Assembly: GCA_963836745.1 (NCBI GenBank)
Contig: CAWIKJ010000017.1
Span: forward strand, 339,399 to 403,398
DNA from: an uncultured Actinomycetota bacterium
GTDB lineage: Bacteria; Actinomycetota; Actinomycetes; Propionibacteriales; Nocardioidaceae
Direction: 5' to 3'
DNA length: 64,000 nt
Shown in pieces: positions 24,202 through 33,167 of this stretch. The notes under the pieces were generated by a model. That model saw only the letters and a program-made list of their open reading frames with translations. It made no database searches and was not told the origin of the DNA. How positions within the stretch are numbered: the first letter of the stretch is position 1; each line of letters starts with the position of its first letter. The position numbers were made by a program, and so were the translations under genes.

Positions 24202-24204
24202 GGA
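24172..24204 (+). promoter_or_regulatory. Direct repeat CAACCTRGGGA x2 (22-bp period) upstream of the DUF4242 gene
   Basis: CAACCTGGGGA (24172) and CAACCTAGGGA (24194); TACGTT -10-like element at ~24239. Confidence 0.45.
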
Positions 24205-24277
24205 GCAGCTCCCGATCCGGGACCGGCCCACGCACTCCTACGTTCGGATCAACCGAACCGAACGAAGGAGAACTCCC

Positions 24278-24531
24278 ATGCCGCTCTTCATGGACGTCCA
24301 CCGCATCGACGGTGGCGTCGGCGATCGACGAGGTCGCCAAGGCCCACGCGGCTGACCTCGCCGTGCAGGACAACTACGAGGTGAAGTACCTCCGCTACTG
24401 GGTCGACGAGCCCGACGGCACGATCTTCTGCCTGGTCGAGGCCCCGTCTGCCGATGCCGCCAGCACGGTGCACCGGGAGGCGCACGGACTCGTCGCCGAT
24501 CAGCGTGCACCTGGTGAAGGAGGGGTCGTGA
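24278..24531 (+). CDS. DUF4242 (SCO4226-like nickel-binding) protein; frameshifts
   Basis: AAGGAG RBS; MPLFMDVH, AHAADL, YWVDE, IFCLVEAP, VHREAHGLVAD. Confidence 0.85.
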
Positions 24532-25081
24532 ACGCCCGGGTCCTGCGTGGCCTGGTCGGCCTCGCGGCCGGTGCCCTGGTGGTCACCGGCACCGGCACGC
24601 TCGCGGCCGCGGACGGTCCGTCGAAGCTCGACCGGCTGCGTTTCGCGACGGCGCCGTACTTCGACCTCGACGAGGCCGTCGAGGACGGCTACGGCGAGCT
24701 CCAGGACGCCGAGGGCATCGCCTGCATCGACGATCCCGAGGGGCGGCATGGGGATCCACTACGTCAACGGTGCGCTCGTCGGCGACGGCGCAGGTCAAGC
24801 TGCTCACCCCCGAGGCCGTGATCTACGAGCCCCAGGAGGACGGCGACATGGAGCTGGTCGCCGTCGAGTACGTCGTGCTCAAGTCGGCGTGGCGCGCAGA
24901 GCACCCGACCGGCCGCCCGCGGCTGATGGGACAACGCTTCGAGCTGGTCAAGGCCGGGAACCGCTACGGCCTGCCGAACTTCTTCGAGCTCCACATCTGG
25001 GCTTGGCGGGCGAACCAGAACGGCATGTTCGAGGACTGGAACCCGGACGTCAGCTGCGAGTTCGCTGAGCCCCCGGCCTGA
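24528..25081 (+). CDS. Secreted hypothetical protein (GMGxHY...LHxW family); frameshifts
   Basis: Signal peptide; CIDDP, GMGIHYVN, PEAVIYEP, LVAVEY, ELHIWAW, WNPDVSC. Confidence 0.7.
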
Positions 25082-25156
25082 GCCGACCGGGAACCGTGCG
25101 CAGGCGCTGGACGCTCACCCCGTCCAGCGTCTCCACGTCCCCCTGGGCAGCGGGTT

Positions 25157-25243
25157 CGTAGCCGAACGTACCCAACGAAGCGACACGCCCAGGATCCGGG
25201 CTACGGGCTCGGCGTGTCGGCCCGATCGGTACGTTCGTCTACG
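25157..25243. repeat. Nested palindromic element between convergent genes
   Basis: CGTAG-CGAACGTACC...CGACACGCC // GGCGTGTCG...GGTACGTTCG-CTACG. Confidence 0.65.
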
Positions 25244-25260
25244 CCGCTCGGTCCCGCGGC

Positions 25261-27324
25261 TCAGGCATCGAGCGCCTCCACGTCCACCTCGTAGGCACCC
25301 TGCACGATGAACTCCTTGCGCGGCGCGACCTCGGAGCCCATCAGCATCTCGAACACCCGTGACGCCTCGTCGGCGTCGTCGAGGGTGAGCCGGCGCAGGG
25401 TCCGCTGGCGCGGGTCCATGGTGGTCTCGGCCAGCTGGTTGGCGTCCATCTCGCCGAGGCCCTTGTAGCGCTGGACAGGGTCCTTCCAGCGCACGTTCTT
25501 CTTCGACAGCTCGGCCAGCTTCCGCTGCAGCTCACCGTCGGAGTAGGTGTAGACGTACTTGTCCATCCCCTTCTTGGGGTTGGACAGCTCGATCCGGTGG
25601 AGCGGGGGCACGGCGGAGTAGACCCGGCCGGCGTCGATCAGCTCCCGCATGTACTTGAAGAACAGCGTCGCCAGCAAGGTGCGGATGTGCGCGCCGTCCG
25701 AGTCGGCGTCGGCCATGAAGATGATCCGGCCGTAGCGGCGCGCGTCCACGTCGAAGCTGCGGCCCGACCCGGCGCCGACGACCTGCAGGATCGAGGCGCA
25801 CTCCGCGTTCTTCAGCATGTCGCCGACCGACGCCTTCTGGACGTTGAGGATCTTGCCGCGGATCGGGAGCAGCGCCTGGAACTCGGAGTTCCGGGCCAGC
25901 TTCGCCGTCCCGAGCGCGGAGTCGCCCTCGACGATGAACAGCTCGGTGCGCTCGTTGTCGGTGGCCCGGCAGTCGGCCAGCTTCGAGGGCAGCGCGGACG
26001 ACTCGAGCGCGTTCTTGCGGCGTTGCGTGTCCTTGTGCTGGCGGGCCGCGATCCGGGTGCGGGCGGCGCCGTGGACCTTCTCCATCAGCGGCCGCGACTG
26101 TCGCTTGTCGGCGGCCTTGGTCGAGGTGAGGAACTCGGTGAGCCGCCGGGCGACGATCTTGCGGACCTCGGAGCGTACGGCGGGGGTGCCGAGGATCTCC
26201 TTGGTCTGCCCCTCGAACTGGGGCTCGGCCTGCCGGACCGTGACCACGGCGGTGAGGCCCTCCAGGACGTCACCCTTCTCGACGTCCGGGTCGTTGACCT
26301 TGAGCACCTTCGTCGCCCGCATCGCGTCGTTGAACGGCTTGACCAGGGCGGCCTCGAACCCGGCCACGTGCGTGCCGCCCTTCGGCGTCGCGATCACGTT
26401 GACGAACGAGCGCAGCTCGGTCTCGTAGCCGGTGCCCCAGCGCAACGCGATGTCGACGCCGAGGTCGCGCTCGACGTCCTGCGGGGTCATGTGGCCCTGG
26501 TCGTCGAGCATCGGCACGGTCTCGGTGAAGGCGCCGGAGCCCTGGATGCGCAGCACCTCGGTGACGGGTTCGTCGTGGGAGAGGAACTCGACGAACTCCG
26601 CGATGCCGCCGTCGTGGCGGAACTTCTCCTCGACCAGGGTGCTGCCGCGCAGGTCGCGGATCACCAGCTCGAGGCCCGGGACGATGAACGACGTCTGGCG
26701 GGCCCGCCCGAGCAGCCCCTCGAACTCGAACGCGGCGTCCTTGGTGAAGATCTGGCGGTCGGGCCAGAACCGGATCCGGGTGCCGGTCCTGCCCTTCGCC
26801 ACCCGCTTGCCCTTGCGCGTCAGGCCGGACTTCGGGGTGAAGGAACCTCCGGGCCCGTCGCCGTCGAAGACACCGGGCACGCCGCGCTGGAAGCTCAAAC
26901 CCTGCTGCGCGGGCGAGCGGTCGACGTCGATGTCCATCCGCGACGACAGCGCGTTGACCACGGACAGGCCGACGCCGTGCAGGCCGCCGGTGGCGACGTA
27001 CGAACCGCCTCCGAACTTTCCGCCGGCATGGAGCTTGGTCGCCACCACCTCGACACCCGGCAGCCCGGTCTTCGGCTCCTTGTCGGTCGGGATGCCACGA
27101 CCGTCGTCGTGGACCTCGACCGAGTCGTCGGGGTGGAGGGTGACCTCGACCCGGTGGGCCGAGCCGGCCAGCGCCTCGTCGACGCCGTTGTCGATGATCT
27201 CCCAGAGGCAGTGCATGAGGCCGCGGGTGTCGGTCGAGCCGATGTACATGCCGGGGCGCTTGCGCACCGCCTCGAGCCCCTCGAGGACGAGGAGGTGGGC
27301 CGCGTTGTAGGTCTGGTCGGCGAT
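25261..27324 (-). CDS. parE: DNA topoisomerase IV subunit B (probable ATC start at 27324)
   Basis: LEGLEAVRKRPGMYIG, EIIDN, DDGRGIP, LHAGGKF, EGDSA, PIRGK, DADSDG, RYKGLGEM. Confidence 0.93.
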   Translation of the reverse strand: MADQTYNAAHLLVLEGLEAVRKRPGMYIGSTDTRGLMHCLWEIIDNGVDEALAGSAHRVEVTLHPDDSVEVHDDGRGIPTDKEPKTGLPGVEVVATKLHAGGKFGGGSYVATGGLHGVGLSVVNALSSRMDIDVDRSPAQQGLSFQRGVPGVFDGDGPGGSFTPKSGLTRKGKRVAKGRTGTRIRFWPDRQIFTKDAAFEFEGLLGRARQTSFIVPGLELVIRDLRGSTLVEEKFRHDGGIAEFVEFLSHDEPVTEVLRIQGSGAFTETVPMLDDQGHMTPQDVERDLGVDIALRWGTGYETELRSFVNVIATPKGGTHVAGFEAALVKPFNDAMRATKVLKVNDPDVEKGDVLEGLTAVVTVRQAEPQFEGQTKEILGTPAVRSEVRKIVARRLTEFLTSTKAADKRQSRPLMEKVHGAARTRIAARQHKDTQRRKNALESSALPSKLADCRATDNERTELFIVEGDSALGTAKLARNSEFQALLPIRGKILNVQKASVGDMLKNAECASILQVVGAGSGRSFDVDARRYGRIIFMADADSDGAHIRTLLATLFFKYMRELIDAGRVYSAVPPLHRIELSNPKKGMDKYVYTYSDGELQRKLAELSKKNVRWKDPVQRYKGLGEMDANQLAETTMDPRQRTLRRLTLDDADEASRVFEMLMGSEVAPRKEFIVQGAYEVDVEALDA

Positions 27325-27648
27325 GGTGCTGCTCCGTTGTTCCTGGTGGTGGAGGGACGTCCGTACGACCCAGAATCTACCCGCGACACGCCGGACACCG
27401 ATGCAGGCACGCCTGCCGGGTGGGAGCCGGGGGCGGGTCTACCGTGGTCGCACTGCACCACCCGAAGGGTTCCGGGACCGGGTGCGGAGCCCGGGGCGGA
27501 GTCCCCGGTTTCGCAACCGGAATCGCCCCTGAGGCGTCACACTCAGCAAGCGACCGGATCGTGGCGGCGGGACACCACCAGGTGGGACCCCGATCGGCCG
27601 GCTTGGTCGCCGTGATTGGATTGACGTGTCGACCGACACGTGGGACCG

Positions 27649-27676
27649 GGAATCTTTCGCTCCGCTCGCTACGTTG
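27649..27676 (+). promoter_or_regulatory. SigR/SigH-like ECF promoter
   Basis: GGAAT-N19-GTTG upstream of the small Zn-finger gene. Confidence 0.55.
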
Positions 27677-27713
27677 ACCAGAGACAACGAAGAGATCGAG
27701 AAATGAGGCCGAT

Positions 27714-27950
27714 GTGACTACAGCCGTAGCCCCAGGGACTTCCGCACTGAGCGCTGCTGACCGCTGCGACCGCTGCGGAGCGCAGGCCTACCTCCGAGTC
27801 GAGCTCCAGACCGGTGGCGAGCTGCACTTCTGCGCCCACCACGCCCGCGAGCACGGTGAGAAGCTGCGAGAGATCGCGGTCGCCGTGCAGGACGAGACCC
27901 ACAAGCTCGCCGCCACCCCGGCGACCGCCGGCGCGGACGAGGACCACTGA
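27714..27950 (+). CDS. Conserved small actinobacterial Zn-finger protein (DUF7455-like)
   Basis: ADRCDRCGAQAY...FCAHH; GAGG RBS. Confidence 0.8.
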   Translation: MTTAVAPGTSALSAADRCDRCGAQAYLRVELQTGGELHFCAHHAREHGEKLREIAVAVQDETHKLAATPATAGADEDH

Positions 27951-27975
27951 CACCAGTCCCCCGACCCCGACACTC

Positions 27976-28009
27976 ACTCGGCCCCGGACCTGACGGTCCG
28001 GGGCCGAGT
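27976..28009. terminator. Perfect 15-bp hairpin
   Basis: ACTCGGCCCCGGACC-TGAC-GGTCCGGGGCCGAGT. Confidence 0.75.
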
Positions 28010-28046
28010 CGTCTCGGTGACCCCCGCGCGTGGGACAGTGACGCCC

Positions 28047-28524
28047 GTGAGCTGGCTGGAGATCGGGGTCGCGCTGGCGATCCTCGTCGGGCTGGTCGGG
28101 ATCCTCGTCCCGGTGCTGCCGGGCGCCGTCCTGGTCCTGGCCGCGATCCTGCTGTGGGCCAGCGAGCTCGGCACGAGCACCGGCTGGATCGTCTTCGCCG
28201 TCGCCACGCTGTTCCTCGTCGTCGGGCGCGATCGCCAAGTACGCCCTCCCCGGCCGCCGCCTCAAGGGGGCCGGCATCCCCGCCTCGACCCAGTGGACCG
28301 GCGTCGCCTTCGGGATCGTCGGGTTCTTCGTCGTACCGGTCCTCGGGCTGTTCCTCGGCTTCGTGCTCGGGATGTACGTCGCCGAGCGCCGCCGGGTCGG
28401 TCCCGGGGCGGCCGGCCCGTCCACACGCGCGGCGCTGGCCGCCGTCGGGCTCAGCGTCCTGATCGAGCTGATGACCGCGTGCCTGGCGGCCGCGACCTGG
28501 GTCGTCGGCGTGGCCGTGACGTGA
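28047..28524 (+). CDS. DUF456 membrane protein (frameshift ~28228)
   Basis: GILVPVLPG, GFFVVPVLGLFLGF, YVAERRR. Confidence 0.8.
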
Positions 28525-29369
28525 CCGCGGTCCTGCTGGCGCTCGGCTCCGCCGTCGCCTACGGCCTCTCCGACTTCGTCGGCGGTGTCACCTCCAAGCG
28601 GGTGAGTCCGTGGAGCGTGGCGCTGGTCGCCCAGCTCGTCGGGTGGCGTCGTGGTGCTCGGCCTGGCCACCGTGCTCGACGGCTCGCCCGAGTGGCGCGG
28701 ACCTCGGCTGGGCCGTGGTCGCCGGCGTCGCCAACGGCGTCGGCACCGGGTTCCTCTACCGCGGCCTGTCGTCGGGCCGGATGGGCGTCGTGGCGCCGGT
28801 CTCCGGCGTCGGCGCTGCGCTGGTGCCGGTCGTGGTCGGCCTGGCCACGGGCGAGCGCCCCACGTCCCTGGTGTGGCTGGGCATCGTGGCGGCGCTGCCC
28901 GGCATCTGGCTGGTGGCGCGCAGCCCCGACGCCGGAGGACGTCGCCGGAGGGCGCCCCGGCCGCGGCGGGGCGCTCGACGGGGTGCTGGCCGGCCTGGGG
29001 TTCGGCACGCTGTTCGCGGCGCTGGCCCAGATCCCCGAGTCGGCCGGCTTCCTCCCGCTGGCGCTCAACCAGCTGGTCGCCAGTGCCGTCGTCGTCACCA
29101 TGGCGCTCGCCCTCCGCGCGGCCTGGGTCCCGCGGCAGCCGGCAGCGGCGTACGGGGCGGTGAGCGGCGTGCTCGGCGTCACCGCCACCGGCGCGTTCCT
29201 GCTCGCCACGCAGTCGGGCTTCCTGACCGTCACGGCGGTGCTGGCCTCGCTCTACCCCGCGTTCACGGTGGTGCTGGCGGCCACCGTCCTCCGCGAGCAC
29301 GTCCACCGCAGCCAGGCGGCCGGCCTGGTGCTCTGCGGGTTGGCCGTCGGCTTGGTCGTCGGCGGCTAG
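28521..29369 (+). CDS. EamA/DMT family transporter (frameshifts)
   Basis: AYGLSDFVGG, GRMGVVAPVS, LASLYPAFTVVLA. Confidence 0.82.
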   Translation: MTAVLLALGSAVAYGLSDFVGGVTSKRVSPWSVALVAQLVGWRRGARPGHRARRLARVARTSAGPWSPASPTASAPGSSTAACRRAGWASWRRSPASALRWCRSWSAWPRASAPRPWCGWASWRRCPASGWWRAAPTPEDVAGGRPGRGGALDGVLAGLGFGTLFAALAQIPESAGFLPLALNQLVASAVVVTMALALRAAWVPRQPAAAYGAVSGVLGVTATGAFLLATQSGFLTVTAVLASLYPAFTVVLAATVLREHVHRSQAAGLVLCGLAVGLVVGG

Positions 29370-29378
29370 GGTCGACGC

Positions 29379-29725
29379 ATGAGCGACAGCGAGACCCGTC
29401 CGGACGGACCGGCCACCGAGCCCGAGCCACGGCGGCCCCGAGCCGTCGACGCCGACGCGGCCGACCTCGGACCCGCTGCGCGGCTCGCGCACGAGCGGCC
29501 TGTGGATCGCGGTCGCTGCCAGTGGCCTCGTGCTGGTGCTGCTGATCATCTTCATCGCCCAGAACACCGACCCGGTGGACGTGAGCTTCCTCGGGCTGGC
29601 AGGGGGAGACCCCGCTCGCGGTGGCGCTGCTGATCGCCACCGTCGCCGGGCTGTTCCTCGCGACCATCGCCGGCTCCCTGCGCATCCTCCAGCTGCGTCG
29701 GCGGGTCAAGCGCACGGCCCGCTGA
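29379..29725 (+). CDS. LapA/DUF1049 family membrane protein (frameshifts)
   Basis: LIIFIAQNTDPVDVSFLG...PLAVALL...RILQLRR. Confidence 0.75.
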
Positions 29726-29737
29726 CGCGGCCGCGGC

Positions 29738-30279
29738 TCAGCCGGCTGCCAGCCAGCCCGTGAACTTGCGCCGCCCGATCAGCCAGTCGGTGACCGGGTG
29801 GGACTGGTCCGCGCGGTCCGTCATCCGCATCCCGATCCGCAGCTCGTCGGGGTCACCGAAGCAGCCCCGGTCCGCGCGTGAAGACCAGCACGTCCCGCTT
29901 CCACCTCAGCGCCACGTCGTAGTCGCAGGCGACCGGCTCCGCCGACCGGCTGCCAGCGCCTCATCCGCAGCAGCGCGTAGTCGCTGCCGCTGAACAGCGG
30001 CGTGCCGAGGGCGAACTCCGGGCCCCGGCGGGCGGTGTCCTTGTCGATGAAGACGTTGAGTCCGGCGCTCGACCGCTTGCGGAGGTCCGGGAAGTTGACC
30101 CGGACCGTGAGCTGGTCGTCGCCGTGGTCGACCCGGACCTTCCGGATGTCGGTGAGCGAGGCGGTCGCGTCGGCGCCGTCGTTGACGACGACCTCCTCGG
30201 CGTACGCCGTGGTCGTGGTGAGGACCATCGCGCAGGCGGTGGCCAGCGCCAGGGCGACTCCTCGTCGGATCTGCTTCAT
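29738..30279 (-). CDS. Secreted hypothetical protein, paralog 1 (frameshifts near 3' end)
   Basis: AYA signal-peptidase site; DGADATASLTDIRKVRVDHG...GPEF..GTPLFSGSDY. Confidence 0.7.
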
Positions 30280-30327
30280 GAGTGCTCCTCCCGAGGTGGG
30301 TGCGTGGACAACCTCTGCCACACAGGA

Positions 30328-30882
30328 TCACGCATCCGGGTCGCCCGCGGCCAGCCAGTCCGTGAGCTCACGTCGCCCGATCAACCAGTCGGTCACCGGG
30401 TGCGAGGAGTCCTCGTTGTCGAACATCCGCATGGCGACCCGGACCTGGTCGGGCTGGTCGAAGCAGCCGCGGCGGGCCGCCAGCACGAGGTGGTCCTCGG
30501 CGTAGTCGAGCTGCAGGTTGTAGCGGCAGTCCACGGGCGCGCCGGTCGGCTTCCAGCCGTCGGTCTCGACCAGGACGTAGTCGCCGCCGCTGAAGAGCGG
30601 CGCGCCGATCGCGTACTCGGGCCCGCTCTCCCCCGCGTCGGTGTCGATCCAGGTCAGCAGCCCGGCGGCGCCGTCCTCGCGCAGGTCGGGGAACCCCACC
30701 TGGATCCGCAGCCGCTGCTCTCCGTGGTTGACGCGTACGACGCGGATGTCGGTGGTCGACGCGGTCGCGTCGGCGCCGTCGTCGAGCCGCGTGGTGGCGG
30801 CGTGGGCGGTCGGGGCCAGGGTGACGACAGCGGCCAGGGCTGCGGTGGCAGCCAGGCCACGGACGGTGGGTCGTGCGTTCAT
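30328..30882 (-). CDS. Secreted hypothetical protein, paralog 2
   Basis: AHA signal-peptidase site; DGADATASTTDIRVVRVNHG...GPEY..GAPLFSGGDY...HPVTDWLIGRR. Confidence 0.75.
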   Translation of the reverse strand: MNARPTVRGLAATAALAAVVTLAPTAHAATTRLDDGADATASTTDIRVVRVNHGEQRLRIQVGFPDLREDGAAGLLTWIDTDAGESGPEYAIGAPLFSGGDYVLVETDGWKPTGAPVDCRYNLQLDYAEDHLVLAARRGCFDQPDQVRVAMRMFDNEDSSHPVTDWLIGRRELTDWLAAGDPDA

Positions 30883-30969
30883 GATGAGGTCCTCTCGGGC
30901 GCTACGGGTCTGGTTCATGTCACAGACGCCGCCCGATTCCGAAAGGTTGCAGTCCGCCCGGGATCTCGC

Positions 30970-31964
30970 CTACCGATCGGCCGGGGCGACTCCCGCGCAC
31001 GCGCGAAGCGCAGCCACCTGGTCGTCGAACGCGGCCGCGGCGGGCCCGGCCAGGGGGTGAGGCAGGCCGTCGGCACCGATCTCGGCGCCCTCCCAGACGG
31101 CGTCGGTGACCCTCGCTCGCCCCGCCTGCGATCGGGCGGGTTGCACGGTGAGCGTGAGCACCCCCGTCGCGGGCGTTGCGTCGGAGGAGCGGGTGTACCA
31201 GGCGTAGTTCCCGAGCCCGTAGGCCACGTATCCCTCACCCAGCCTGCCGTCGCCCTGGAGCAGGTGGGTATGGCTGCCCACGACGATGTCACCCCCCGCC
31301 TCGATGAGACGTGACGCCAGTGATCGCTGTGCGTCGTTCGGGCAGCGCTCGCCCTGCACTCCCCAGTGCATGTAGACCACGACCACGTCGGCCGACCTCG
31401 CGGCCTCCCTGACCGTGCGCAGCAGCCGCGCCGGCTCGAGTGCGTCGGCGGTGCCGGGCGAGTCGCCGGTGGCGGCCCACTGCCCGGTGGGGTCTGCGGT
31501 GGGGTCGCGGTCGGCCACGGTGGCTCCGATGGTGGCGACGACGGTGCCGGCGACCACCGTGCGTGCCGGCCGGAAGGCGTCATCGATGTCCCGACCGATG
31601 CCGACGACGTCGACGGTCGGGTCGGCCGCCCGGGCGGCCTCGATGGCGTCGAACGTGCTGGCCAGCGGACCCGGCCGTAGTCGAGGGCGTGGTTGTTGGC
31701 CATGGTCGCGACGTCGATGCCGGCCGCAGCGAGGGCGGTCAGGGCGGTGGCCGGCGCCTGGAAGGTGTAGCGCTTGCCCGGCTCGGGGCGACCCCCTGCG
31801 CCCAGGGACGTCTCGAGGTTGACGATCGCGAGGTCGGCGGCCGCCAGCGTCGCCGTCGCAGGCGACAGCGCCGTGGCAGGTCGGTCCAGGCGGCCCGCCA
31901 GCACCCCTTCGAAGTGGATGTCGCCGGTCACCGCGATGGTGAGCGGGTCCAGGAGGCCCCGCAC
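30970..31964 (-). CDS. CapA / PGA_cap metallophosphoesterase domain (frameshift ~31675; possibly fused to the upstream M28 peptidase)
   Basis: TGDI, NLET, ANNHALDYG, YMHWG, VGSHTH, YGLGN. Confidence 0.85.
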
Positions 31965-32971
31965 TGCGAGGAGACCCGGGGTCGTCGGTCGGCGCCAGCC
32001 AGGCCAGCAGGATCCGGCCGGTCCGCGCGAGCTGCGCGGGGTCGACGACGGACGGCACGTCCGCGGCGGAGTGGTAGCCGGCGTACGGCGTGCTGCCGAG
32101 CCGGGCGCCGGGTAGCCCGTCGCGGACGAACGACCAGTGGTCGCTGCTCCGCTGGCAGGGGTCCGGCGTTGGCGGCGGCGCCGGTCCGTCGGGCCGCCGC
32201 CAGCAGGGCCTGCTGCACCGGGTCGGACTCGTGGGCCGACCCGACCGGGACGGTCGCCCCCACCCCGACCCGGTCGAGGGACACCATGGCGCGGACCGCG
32301 TCGCGCTCGGCGCCGGACAGCCCGGCGACGTACGCCCGCGAGCCGTAGTGGTGGTCGTCGTCGCCGTCACCCCGCGGCTCCTCGGCCCCGAACGCCACCC
32401 ACACCACGGGGAGTCGGGTCCGGGCCTCGGCCGCCGCGGCGGCGGCCGCCAGCATCACGCCGACCCCGGAACCGTTGTCCTCGGCGCCGGGGGCCAGGGG
32501 GACGGTGTCGAGGTGCGCACCGACCACCAGGTGGGGGCGCCGGGGGTCGAGGCCGGTCGGCGTCGCGACCACGTTGACCGACTCGCCCGCGGGGACGTCG
32601 ACACCCCACGAGTCGCCGCCGGGTACGTCGAAGACCTGCCGGTCGACCCGGTAGCCGAGGCGCTCGAAGTAGCCGCCCACCCAGCCAGCCGCCTCCCGGA
32701 ACTCGGGACTGGTCCCGTGACGCGGCCCGATCTCGCCGGCGAGGTGGCGCACCACCCCCATCGCCCGACCGGGGTCGAAGTCCCGCGGACGGACGACCGG
32801 CGTCGGCTGGGGCCGGTCGGGGGTCCCCGAGGGCGAGCCGGACGGCGACGGCGTGTTCGGGATCGTCGTCGTCGTCGGGCTTGGCGGGGGTGCCGCCGCC
32901 GGGTCCTCGGGCGAGGAGCACGCGGCGAGGGCGAGGGTCAGCGCCACCAGCACTCCGAGCCCCCGACGCAT
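31965..32971 (-). CDS. M28 family peptidase lipoprotein (frameshift ~32160)
   Basis: Lipobox LAAC; GAHLDT, GAEDNGSG, AEE, SDHWSF, YHSAAD. Confidence 0.85.
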
Positions 32972-33167
32972 GGACCCGAGCGTACGAGGTTCGTCATCAG
33001 GCCGGTCTTGTCGACCTGCCCGACCTCGCCGCCAATTCCTCGTGGGGTCTAGACCGGGGGGGATTGCCAGTGTCGCCATGGCCACTTATCGTTCGCCTCA
33101 CGTGATCGATTTCCGGTAGTCGCAAAGCCGACGCCGCTGAAACGTCACGGACATCGGGGGGTGTGCA

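Larger units (their letters stand above)
21405..25359. mobile_element. Genomic islet inserted at the parE 3' end (no integrase)
   Basis: Bracketed by 99-bp direct repeats of the parE 3' end; cargo is on the opposite strand to parE. Confidence 0.7.
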
